Below are positions 41,146 to 55,887 of a stretch of 64,000 bases of DNA, piece by piece. The stretch's first letter is position 1. The number at the start of each line of letters is the position of its first letter. The notes under the pieces are model-generated. The model was not told the origin of the DNA and searched no databases. It saw only the letters and a list, made by a program, of their open reading frames with translations. The stretch is from Eledone cirrhosa (taxonomy: Eukaryota), in contig OZ024757.1 in the NCBI GenBank assembly GCA_964016885.1, positions 4,278,001-4,342,000 of the forward strand. The letters run 5' to 3'. Position numbers and translations under genes: made by a program.

Positions 41146-41731
41146 CATACACACATATATACACATACACACAAACACATACATACATATACATACATGC
41201 ACACAAAAATAAAGATCTATATATAAAAAAGGTGGGTGTGTAAAGGGTAAGGTAGAAGGTAGGGGGGAATAGGAAAAATAAATAACAGGAAAAAATATAT
41301 ATAAATATAAATATAAGAAGAGATGAGGGAGAAAAAGAATATATGGGTACAGAATGTGAGTTCAGAGAGTAATAATACTCGTAGTGGATGTAAGGCGTAA
41401 TGAGTAAAGAAGAGTTCAAGGTGGTTGAGTCATCGTAGGAGTGTCAATCCAGTAGATGTGATTTCAGATGAGGACAACACCTGAAGATCTCAGTCTTGGA
41501 GTTAAGGCAAGTGGAAGTGGCTTTCAAATTTTGGAGCATTCTAAATTTGTCTGTGGTGCACAAAGAGCAATTCTGTCATCTTGCTAATTTTTTATTTTTT
41601 ATTTTTATTTGTTTATTTTTCTTTCTAAACTTCACTTTTATTTATTGATTTCTTGAATATGTATTTTGTTTTTGTATGGTGATGTGACTGCACATGGTCG
41701 TTTATTTATTTATATATTTATTTATATAATT

Positions 41732-41775
<44 letters not shown>

Positions 41776-42139
41776 GTATGTATGTATATGTGTGTGAGTG
41801 TGTTTGTGTGTATATGTGTGTATGTCTGTATTTGTGTGTATGTGTATGTGTATGCGTGTGTGTGTTTGTGAGTGTGTGTATGCGTGTGTGTCTGTATGTG
41901 TATGATTATGTGTGTGTGTATATGTCTATGTATGTATGTATGTGTGTATGTATGTAAGTCTGTGAATGCGTGTGTGTTTGTATGTGTCTGTGTCTCTGTA
42001 TGTATGTATGTGTGTGAGTGTGTATGTATCTATATATCTATATATGTATGTGAGTGTGTGTTCCAGCTTTAACATCATAATTATATTACTTCCTGTCGCC
42101 ATTTTAATTATTTGCAATCAAGAATTAATTATTCTAGTT

Positions 42140-42886
42140 GAAATGTAAATTAGAAATTAAATATCAACGAAATCTAATTAAAATATTAATTTTCTTTAAG
42201 TAAATTGTTTAAAATCTGTTATTTTAGATGTCCACATTGTAGTTAACAAGGATATATACACTGGTATATATACACAAGTATATATACACAGGTATATATG
42301 CATACGTATATATAAACACGTATATATATACGTGTGTGTATATATATATACATGTGTATACATATACTTGTGTATATATATATATACGTGTGTATATATA
42401 TATATATACGTGTGCGTATATATACTTGTGTATATATACACGTGTATATACGTGTGTATATATATACTTGTTAATGGCTATATACGTGTATGTATATATA
42501 TATACGTGTGAGTGTATAAGTAAATTAGTGTATACATATACCTGTATATATGCGCTTGTTAATGACTATATAGGTGTGTATATATATATACCTGTGTATA
42601 TATAGATGTGTATATATATACCTGTATATATATCCTTGTTAATGACTATATAGGTGTGTATATATATACCTGTATATATATATACTTGTTAACGACTATA
42701 TAGATGTGTTTATATATATGTATGCATATATACCTGTGTATATATACTTGTGTATATATACCAGTGTATATATCCTGGTTAACGACAATGTGGACATCTA
42801 AAATAACAGATTTTAAACAATTTACTTAAAGAAAATTAATATTTTAATTAGATTTCGTTGATATTTAATTTCTAATTTACATTTCA
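42140..42886. repeat. Inverted repeat (~165-bp arms) enclosing a TA-rich minisatellite
   Basis: 42140-42305 is the reverse complement of 42720-42886. Confidence 0.8.
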
Positions 42887-43348
42887 GCACCGTATACCCT
42901 TCTGCCAGATGGTTGAACGTTCGAAGGTATATACTTTCCTTATGAAAATTAACGGCTGAGCAGTCTAATTTGCATATCGAGTGAGTTCAGTCGGCCAGGC
43001 GCACCGAAAACGATAAGTTTCATTCTATTCCAACTTATCGTTTTCGGTGCGCCTGGCCGACTGAACTCACTCGATATGCAAATTAGGCTGCTCAGCCGTT
43101 AATTTTCATAAGGAAAGTATATACTTTCGAACGTTCAACCACCTGGCAGAAGGGTATACGGTGCTGACGATAGCTAACAAGCTTGAAACTAGTACATCGT
43201 TCCTGTGTCAGTGTTGAACAAAAAGGTGACGTGGTTGCCTTAACACCGTACGGCATAAATTCAGGCTGTCCGTTTGTTTACAAACGAACAAAGCGAATGT
43301 TATAATAAATATTCGCTAAACTGATACGTACATATATATATGTGTGCC

Positions 43349-43406
<58 letters not shown>

Positions 43407-43520
43407 TGCTACTGTACGTCTGTATACATATACGTTTGTACGTATACATACATACTTACATTTAAGTAAGTGCCGTACTAACAGTGAGAAATGAAATTTC
43501 GTTTGATTCTATTCCAACCT
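42884..43520 (+). mobile_element. Retrozyme-like HHR monomer (43021-43520) with 5' inverted segment (42884-43019)
   Basis: HHR at 43158-43200: ACGGTG-CTGACGA-tagctaacaagctt-GAAA-CTAG-TA-CATCGT; terminal redundancy attctattccaac. Confidence 0.8.
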
Positions 43521-43606
43521 ATATATATACATATGTATATATACATATATATATATATAATAAAGTTAAATAAAAGTCAAATGATTAAAATTTAGCTTCG
43601 TTTATT

Positions 43607-43661
43607 ACTGCTATATATATTTCAGTGACAGCCATCTTTGGCTGTGACCTCTTCAGGCAGT
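43607..43661 (-). ncRNA. Minimal type I hammerhead ribozyme
   Basis: ACTGC-CTGAAGA-ggtcACAGCCAaagaTGGCTGTcact-GAAA-TATATA-TA-GCAGT, followed by AATAAA. Confidence 0.85.
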
Positions 43662-43908
43662 TTGAATTAGTATGGTATAGACAAGTACATATGTTGTTTA
43701 GGTGTATGATATTGTCAATACTCTGATATGCCCAGTTCCTTGTTGGGTTGTTAATTCACTGGGGAACTGGAGTCATATGAATTCAAACAAACGAATTTTA
43801 TCAATTTTATCACTTTTTAAGCTAACTCCAACAATAACAATACTTAGAATGAAGAATGTTCTAATAACTGACCAATGAGAGGAGAAGGGGACCTGTGACA
43901 CGAAAATT

Positions 43909-47458
<3,550 letters not shown>

Positions 47459-47462
<4 letters not shown>

Positions 47463-48340
47463 AGTATGCATGTATACGTACATACATATATGTATACAGA
47501 CGTACAGTAGCATGCACATATATATATATATATATACATATATACATACATATGCATACAGGTACACATACATATATGCACGTATCAGTTTAGCGGCGCT
47601 AACGTCGCTTTGTTCGTTTGTAAACAAACTGAACAGCCTGAATTTATGCCATACGGTGTTAAGGCAACCACGTCACCTTTTTGTTCAACACTGACACAGG
47701 AACGATGTACTAGTTTCAAGCTTGTTAGCTATCATCAGCACCGTTTACCCATCTGCCAGATAGTTGAACGTTCGAAAGTATATACTTTCCTTATGAAAAT
47801 TAACGGCTGAGCAGCCTAATTTGCATATTGAGTGAGTTAAATCGGTCAGGCATACCGAAAACGATAAATTGAAACAAAATGAAAACGAAATTTCATTTCT
47901 CACTCTTAGTATGGCACTTACTTAAATGTAAGTATGCATGTATACGTACATACATATATGTATACAGACGTACAGTAGCATGCACATATATATATATATA
48001 TACATATATACATACATATGCATACAGGTACACATACATATATGCACGTATCAGTTTAGCGGCGCTAACGTCGCTTTGTTCGTTTGTAAACAAACTGAAC
48101 AGCCTGAATTTATGCCATACGGTGTTAAGGCAACCACGTCACCTTTTTGTTCAACACTGACACAGGAACGATGTACTAGTTTCAAGCTTGTTAGCTATCA
48201 TCAGCACCGTTTACCCATCTGCCAGATAGTTGAACGTTCGAAAGTATATACTTTCCTTATGAAAATTAACGGCTGAGCAGCCTAATTTGCATATTGAGTG
48301 AGTTAAATCGGTCAGGCATACCGAAAACGATAAATTGGAA
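47459..48340 (-). mobile_element. Tandem ~467-bp HHR-containing repeat (about 1.9 units), retrozyme-like
   Basis: HHRs at 47702-47744 and 48168-48210 with core CTGATGA; same family as 43021-43520. Confidence 0.82.
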
Positions 48341-48918
48341 CTCCTCTCAGAACTTCTTACTTAAACATCTCTCTCCATATTATTTACTCACTTCAATCTA
48401 TATTTTTTTACTCACCTCAATCCGGATTCTGACTTGAAAATTTTTTTAATTTCTAATTGTTAATTTTTTAATTGTTTAATTTATAATTTCTGATATTTGA
48501 TTTAGGATTTTAATTTTTATTTCCAACTCTCACTCATAACTTCCAATGTAAAACCATGATACCTAGAATTAAGTATATTTTCTCTTAGGAGTTGATGGTC
48601 AGTCGTACTGTCCACGCTTGGTGAGTGGTAGTATTGTGACCTGTAAAAAACTAACACTCTCCCATCCCCTCAGGATTTCGGCTGACTGCCACAGACAAGA
48701 CGGGTAGCAGTAAACTATGGTACAGGCCTAAGTGGGTCATTGTTTGGCTGAGAGGGTGAACTGACTAAGCGAATTTCGTTGAAATCTGCGGTAGCTAATG
48801 GTCAACTTCCTTCGGACATGCGCCGGATGAAGAACCCAAAAGCAAGCACACACTTCGTCCGTTCCCATGTCGATTCAATTTGGATTGCCTCGGAAACATA
48901 ACCTTAGTATGTAACAAA

Positions 48919-48990
48919 CTGTCTGATGATGTCACGACACTCGCACACAGAACAGTTTGGCCAGTGTCGTCATTGAAATATATATCACAG
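48919..48990 (+). ncRNA. Minimal type I HHR
   Basis: CTGT-CTGATGA-tgtcACGACACT..AGTGTCGTcatt-GAAA-TATATA-TC-ACAG. Confidence 0.78.
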
Positions 48991-49146
48991 CATTATTATT
49001 AAAGGACTTGAACATTTGAAACTACTTCGCTTTTCCTTATTCGATATGTGGAAAAAGTACGTTGAGTGCTTGAATTGAATTGCATCAATATTTAGCCTAG
49101 GTATATATAATACATACATACATACATACATACATACAAATATATA

Positions 49147-50101
49147 TAATAATGAAATGACAGGAGGCTGGATTTGTGTAAATCCTTGAAAGGTTTATTA
49201 TACTATGATCATTTCAATGACCGGGTTCCGTATGAATCCGGTGATATCATCAGGTATTCGAAATATAATACGTGAATGTAATAGGTAAAATCCATGGGGC
49301 TGAAAATCGAGACCCGAGGGCGACCGCTATTCTGTTCCTTCAACCTCAGCCGGTCGCCTGGAGTGACGTGGCTAAATTTTATAGTATGCTACTACCGGTC
49401 AGATGAACGAAAACAGAAAGGGATGGGAGCATAGGTTAACGTCGATCCCATGACACAAGGTAAAAGAAAGAAAGAAAGGAAGGAGAAGAAGGGGGAAGAA
49501 AGAAGAAGAGAAGCCAGGGTTAATGTCAGCTAAAAGAGGAAGGCAACTACTACTGGTCAGATATAGGCAAGCAAGAGGGGGAAGGAAGATAAGTTTGCGG
49601 GAGGAAGACAGGAGGAGGGGAGAAGAGAAGGAAGGGAAGAGAGAAGTAGAAAAGTAAGGGTTGATGGCTACAAGAAGGAAGATAGAAAGAAAGAGGAAGA
49701 AAGGTCGATATTAATGTCAGACCACAGTCAAGCCACGTCACTCCAGGGCGACCGGCTGAGGTTGAAGGAACAGAATAGCGGTCGCCCTCGGGTCTCGATT
49801 TTCAGCCCCATGGATTTTACCTATTACATTCACGTATTATATTTCGAATACCTGATGATATCACCGGATTCATACGGAACCCGGTCATTGAAATGATCAT
49901 AGTATAATAAACCTTTCAAGGATTTACACAAATCCAGCCTCCTGTCATTTCATTATAATATTTAACTCCGTAATAGCACCACCAACTACAAAAACAAAGA
50001 CGGTTGAACTGCTTTACGTTGAGTACTCTCTATATTATTGCATTACGATTGACCATACGGAATAGACCAGCGCTATACAGTGGTGAACCTCAAACCTGAA
50101 T

Positions 50102-50105
<4 letters not shown>
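49147..50105. mobile_element. Fold-back element with paired outward HHRs and tail (mirrored at about 54884-55845)
   Basis: Arms 49147-49373 and 49731-49956; HHRs at 49200-49257 (-) and 49848-49905 (+). Confidence 0.88.
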
Positions 50106-50167
<62 letters not shown>

Positions 50168-50375
50168 CAAGTAAGTATGTTTTGAAACAGTGAGCAGGTT
50201 TGAAATTAGAAAATAGAATAGGTTTGACCGTATTTTTGACTAAAGAAATTTTAGCCTGATAATGGGGTTCAGAACCCTTAGATAAATGAAAAAAGATGAG
50301 TATTGACGTACATGGGAGTCTAACCCACATCTTTGGTTATCCAGACCACTGTTCTACCATTACATCAACACTTCA

Positions 50376-50467
<92 letters not shown>

Positions 50468-50528
50468 GTGTAACATTTTCAACATATTGTATATATATAT
50501 ATATATAAAAAAATATATATATATATAC

Positions 50529-50563
<35 letters not shown>

Positions 50564-50650
50564 CAATATTAAATAAATGGAAACTATATTTATAAAACCA
50601 TATTTATTTCATTATATATATTTCAGGGATATCATATTAACAATGTGCTA

Positions 50651-50797
50651 GATTTGTATTAGATTTATCAAAGTGGAATGCTCGCCACCTGATTCTCCTT
50701 ATAAAAGAGTCAGATTTATCTATTAATTGTTTTATTAAGTCTTTGTTTCTAGGTAGAGGTATGTCTTTTAAAGAGGAAGTAATCTTAAAGAATTCCA
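50651..50797 (-). pseudogene. N-terminal ~49 codons of the Naiad ORF, downstream of the inverted pLTR
   Basis: Hand translation MEFFKITSSLKDIPLPRNKDLIKQLIDKSDSFIRRIRWRAFHF resembles the Naiad N-terminal SLKNIP..LI.K...FI.R.RW.A. Confidence 0.7.
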
Positions 50798-51281
50798 TTT
50801 TTCCAGTTATAATATAAAGCGCTCAACAGTATTGGAGCAAGATACATGGAAAGTTATATTTAAAATTGTTGGGTTACAACTAGTAAATATTTATAACTGA
50901 TATAAAAGCACTCGACAAATATTTGGAGTATATTTACAATATTAAATAAATGGAAACTATATTTATAAAACCATATTTATTTCATTATATATATTTCAGG
51001 GATATCATATTAACAATGTGCTATGCCTTCCTCAGACAAAATACAATATAAACAGTTTTATAGATAAATAGATTCGACATACCGTAACAACATCGACTTG
51101 CATTTGAAGAGGTTGATTTGGCAGTGAAAAAATTGTACACAGAGAGAAAGAAAGAGAGAAAAAAAGAAAGAAAGACAGAAAACGAAGAAAAGGAAGAAAA
51201 AGAAGAAATGCATGGAACAAAATAGAGAGATGGAAAGATTAAAAGAAATCCACCCCAATTGAGAACAGAACACAACCTTTC

Positions 51282-52973
51282 GTGCCCAGGAAACCGAAGA
51301 TCAATATGAAAGATCACAAGAGGAATTTTGAAAATGACCTGCCAGTTAGATTGATCGCACCATCAAAATCGGACCTGGGCAAATTAAGCAAAAACATTCT
51401 TGACAGGGTGATACAGCAAATTAAGAACTTGGATTGTTTATCTAACCTGAGCTTGTGGAAGGGAACTGGAGAGGTTGTTGAGTGGTTTAAGCAAATTAAA
51501 TATAACAATAATAATAAGTTTATTCAACTTGATATAGCTAACTATTATTCTTCTATTACCCCTAATCTACTAAATAAGTCACTAAATTACGCATTCAAAC
51601 ATACTGACCTAACTAGCAATGAAATGCATATTATATTATCGGCTAGAAAAACTTTGATAGAATTTAATGACAAACTATGGACCAGAGCAGATAGAGATAG
51701 CAATTTTGACATAACTATGGGATCATCCGACTCAGCTCAGGTAACTGACCTTGTGGGCTTATTTTTAATCAATTCGCTACATAGGAAAATACCTGGTACT
51801 ACCGGAGGTTTATATAGAGATGACATGCTTTTACTTATTGATAATAATAACCCTGAACTAAATAGAAAATGTAAACAAATTACACAATTTTTTAATTTCT
51901 TTAATCTTAAAATAGAAATTGAGAACAACCATAGAATAGTCAATTTCCTAGATATAACATTAAATCTCAACACATGTCTTCACTATCCTTTTCACAAGTT
52001 GAATGAAAACTTAAACTATGTCAACTTTAACTCTAACCACCCCAGATCTGTCAAAAACACTATAGTAAACTCTGTTCAAAAACGTATCTCTAGGATCTCG
52101 TCGAATAGAAAGATTTTCGACGAAAAATCCCAATACTATAATGAAGCATTAGCTAGAGCAGGATATGCTGATAAGATTGTGTACATAGATAATGATAGAC
52201 AAACTAAACAAAGTAACAACTTTTTTTATTACGGCAACAACCTTAACAACTATAATAGAAAGCATTACAATAATTCCAAAGGCCAAAAAAGAAATAGAAC
52301 TAGGAACATAATTTGGTTTGCCCCCCCTTTCTCACTAAACATTAAAACCCACATCGCTAAACTATTTTTCAAAGCTCTTGATAATCGCTTCCCTAGAACA
52401 CATAGGTATCACTCAATTTTCAATAGACATACAATAAAATTAACTTACTCATCCACCAAAAATTTAGCACAAAATATTAATAGAATAAATAATAGGAACT
52501 TAAAACCTAGTGATAATAGCATAAATAATATACAAGTTAACAAATGTAACTGTAGAGATAGATCTAAATGTCCGTTAAATAACAACTGCTTAGTTAAAAA
52601 TATAGTATACAATTGTAATGTTAATACTGACTCTAATTCTTTTAACTACGTCGGTTCCACATCGACGGAATTTAAACTTCGCTATAATAACCACAAGAAT
52701 TCTTTCACAGATCCAAGCAAAAAATCTTCAACGGCACTATCAGGCGTACTCTGGCAACTTAAGCTAGATAACGTTAGATATTCGACGGCTTGGAATATAG
52801 TCTCAAGAGGGATTCCTTTTAATTCATCCTCTGAGACATGTGACCTCTGCGCAGAGGAGATATTCTTTATACTAAAATCTAAAAATTCCCTTAATCTACG
52901 GACAAATTTATTCAGTTGTTGCAAACATAGATTAAACTCAACGTTTAAATATAAATTTAAATTTAAAATGTAG
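51282..52973 (+). CDS. Naiad-type PLE RT plus GIY-YIG endonuclease, uninterrupted but 5'-truncated
   Basis: KDHK.NF...P.RLI.PSKS, DIANYYSSI, MGSSDSA, GLYRDD, NFLD, CNC..CPL..C, YVGST..FKLRYNNH, CDLC, CCKHR. Confidence 0.92.
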   Translation: MPRKPKINMKDHKRNFENDLPVRLIAPSKSDLGKLSKNILDRVIQQIKNLDCLSNLSLWKGTGEVVEWFKQIKYNNNNKFIQLDIANYYSSITPNLLNKSLNYAFKHTDLTSNEMHIILSARKTLIEFNDKLWTRADRDSNFDITMGSSDSAQVTDLVGLFLINSLHRKIPGTTGGLYRDDMLLLIDNNNPELNRKCKQITQFFNFFNLKIEIENNHRIVNFLDITLNLNTCLHYPFHKLNENLNYVNFNSNHPRSVKNTIVNSVQKRISRISSNRKIFDEKSQYYNEALARAGYADKIVYIDNDRQTKQSNNFFYYGNNLNNYNRKHYNNSKGQKRNRTRNIIWFAPPFSLNIKTHIAKLFFKALDNRFPRTHRYHSIFNRHTIKLTYSSTKNLAQNINRINNRNLKPSDNSINNIQVNKCNCRDRSKCPLNNNCLVKNIVYNCNVNTDSNSFNYVGSTSTEFKLRYNNHKNSFTDPSKKSSTALSGVLWQLKLDNVRYSTAWNIVSRGIPFNSSSETCDLCAEEIFFILKSKNSLNLRTNLFSCCKHRLNSTFKYKFKFKM

Positions 52974-54451
52974 TATATTTAGTTTGATTTATATTTATAT
53001 GGGAAACTAGCCGATAAATCTTTGATTCCTTCTTTTTATTCTTTTTATTTTTTATTTTTATTTTATTTTTATTTAAACATTCCTCATGAAAAATTAAGCT
53101 ACCCTAAAAGCTGATGCTCCAAATATTTCGAATAAACGTTACACTAGATAAACTTCTATATTAAATATAAGAACACATGTAGACCAAATTGGGCATCCTA
53201 AACTTTTTGAAATGATCTTTGCTAGATGTGATTTGATAGATAATTTTTGGCTTTGTCTGTTTTTCGACTCTGATGCTTATAATGAACTTGGCAATATATT
53301 GTCAATTAATTTTGAAGGGTTGATCTTTGTGGTTTATTTTTATTTTTTATTATTGTAGTATTTTCTAATATTTTATTTTTAATATTTTTATTTTTATTTT
53401 TAATATTTTTAATATGTAAATTTTTTAATATGTAATATTTTTAATATGTAATATTCTTTCGTAATATTTTTTTAGTTTTCTATTTTATTATTACTTATTA
53501 TTATTATTGTTATTTTTTAGTTTTGTTTCTGATATATATTTTTTTATTAGTATATTGAAATCTGCTCTCTATTTCTGCTTGATAGATAATCTTGTAGAGT
53601 AAAGACAGGAATAATAATACACATATATGTATACTCAAATTTTTATACCACATTGAGAATGTTTTCCGTGAACTTAGGGTTTGCAGAGTTGATCATGTAG
53701 ATTCACATGGATGTTTGTAGCTATCACATAAACATATGAATTTTTTTAAAAAACTAAACATAAGATCATTAATTTTCACACACTATGGATACTTGTCTCA
53801 TTCAGGAATACTGATATTTACAATATAGTGGATGTTTTATAAATACTAATACCTCTACATTAAAACATAGGGTTTTTACGCCTCGCATATATCTGGTTAT
53901 TTTTAAATTTTTTCTCTTGCTATATTTTTCTCTCTATATATTTTTTTCTCTATATATATATCTCCCTTACATTAATACTAGAGCTAAATAAATAAATAAA
54001 TAAATAAATGTATCATTGATACATTTACTCAACAGACCTCCCACTACCTAATTTTCTATATATATATGTATCTATCTCTATTTCCTCTCCCTATATATAT
54101 ATATATATCTCTTTCTGTTTCTTTACATGAAGTTCTTCTCTTTATCTATCTTTCCATCTCTCTATTTTGTTCCATGCATTTCTTCTTTTTCTTCCTTTTC
54201 TTCGTTTTCTGTCTTTCTTTCTTTTTTTCTCTCTTTCTTTCTCTCTGTGTACAATTTTTTTCACTGCCAAATCAACCTCTTCAAATGCAAGTCGATGTTG
54301 TTACGGTATGTCGAATCTATTTATCTATAAAACTGTTTATATTGTATTTTGTCTGAGGAAGGCATAGCACATTGTTAATATGATATCCCTGAAATATATA
54401 TAATGAAATAAATATGGTTTTATAAATATAGTTTCCATTTATTTAATATTG

Positions 54452-54486
<35 letters not shown>

Positions 54487-54547
54487 GTATATATATATAT
54501 ATTTTTTTATATATATATATATATACAATATGTTGAAAATGTTACAC

Positions 54548-54603
<56 letters not shown>

Positions 54604-54607
<4 letters not shown>

Positions 54608-54815
54608 TGAAGTGTTGATGTAATGGTAGAACAGTGGTCTGGATAACCAAAGATGTGGGTTAGACTCCCATGTACGTCAATACTCATCTTTTTTCATTTA
54701 TCTAAGGGTTCTGAACCCCATTATCAGGCTAAAATTTCTTTAGTCAAAAATACGGTCAAACCTATTCTATTTTCTAATTTCAAACCTGCTCACTGTTTCA
54801 AAACATACTTACTTG

Positions 54816-54818
<3 letters not shown>
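54604..54818 (+). mobile_element. Degenerate tRNA-headed short element (mirrored at 50165-50378)
   Basis: tgatgtaatggtagaaca..gtgggttagactcccat resembles tRNA D and T arms. Confidence 0.45.
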
Positions 54819-54887
<69 letters not shown>

Positions 54888-55887
54888 ATTCAGGTTTGAG
54901 GTTCACCACTGTATAGCGCTGGTCTATTCCGTATGGTCAATCGTAATGCAATAATATAGAGAGTACTCAACGTAAAGCAGTTCAACCGTCTTTGTTTTTG
55001 TAGTTGGTGGTGCTATTACGGAGTTAAATATTATAATGAAATGACAGGAGGCTGGATTTGTGTAAATCCTTGAAAGGTTTATTATACTATGATCATTTCA
55101 ATGACCGGGTTCCGTATGAATCCGGTGATATCATCAGGTATTCGAAATATAATACGTGAATGTAATAGGTAAAATCCATGGGGCTGAAAATCGAGACCCG
55201 AGGGCGACCGCTATTCTGTTCCTTCAACCTCAGCCGGTCGCCCTGGAGTGACGTGGCTTGACTGTGGTCTGACATTAATATCGACCTTTCTTCCTCTTTC
55301 TTTCTATCTTCCTTCTTGTAGCCATCAACCCTTACTTTTCTACTTCTCTCTTCCCTTCCTTCTCTTCTCCCCTCCTCCTGTCTTCCTCCCGCAAACTTAT
55401 CTTCCTTCCCCCTCTTGCTTGCCTATATCTGACCAGTAGTAGTTGCCTTCCTCTTTTAGCTGACATTAACCCTGGCTTCTCTTCTTCTTTCTTCCCCCTT
55501 CTTCTCCTTCCTTTCTTTCTTTCTTTTACCTTGTGTCATGGGATCGACGTTAACCTATGCTCCCATCCCTTTCTGTTTTCGTTCATCTGACCGGTAGTAG
55601 CATACTATAAAATTTAGCCACGTCACTCCAGGGCGACCGGCTGAGGTTGAAGGAACAGAATAGCGGTCGCCCTCGGGTCTCGATTTTCAGCCCCATGGAT
55701 TTTACCTATTACATTCACGTATTATATTTCGAATACCTGATGATATCACCGGATTCATACGGAACCCGGTCATTGAAATGATCATAGTATAATAAACCTT
55801 TCAAGGATTTACACAAATCCAGCCTCCTGTCATTTCATTATTATATATATTTGTATGTATGTATGTATGTATGTATGTATTATATAT

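Larger units (their letters stand above)
48338..50650. repeat. Left arm of a 2.3-kb inverted duplication (mirror of 54365-56643)
   Basis: Identical ORFs appear on opposite strands in the ORF track (49550/55248, 49714/55093, 50073/54653); checked by reading. Confidence 0.92.
50651..54451 (+). mobile_element. Naiad-type PLE with inverted 5' pLTR (50935-51239) and 3' pLTR
   Basis: HHRs at 54345-54410 (+) and 50978-51043 (-), core CTGAGGA; ends in (TA)n. Confidence 0.9.

Noticed and set aside
51282-54340. Selenoprotein/SECIS, reported for some Naiad PLEs
   Set aside because: The retained ORF has no in-frame TGA, and I found no convincing SECIS by eye. SECISearch would settle it.
54604-54680. 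Functional tRNA gene
   Set aside because: The boxes are degenerate and there is no proper acceptor stem; treated as a SINE-like head.
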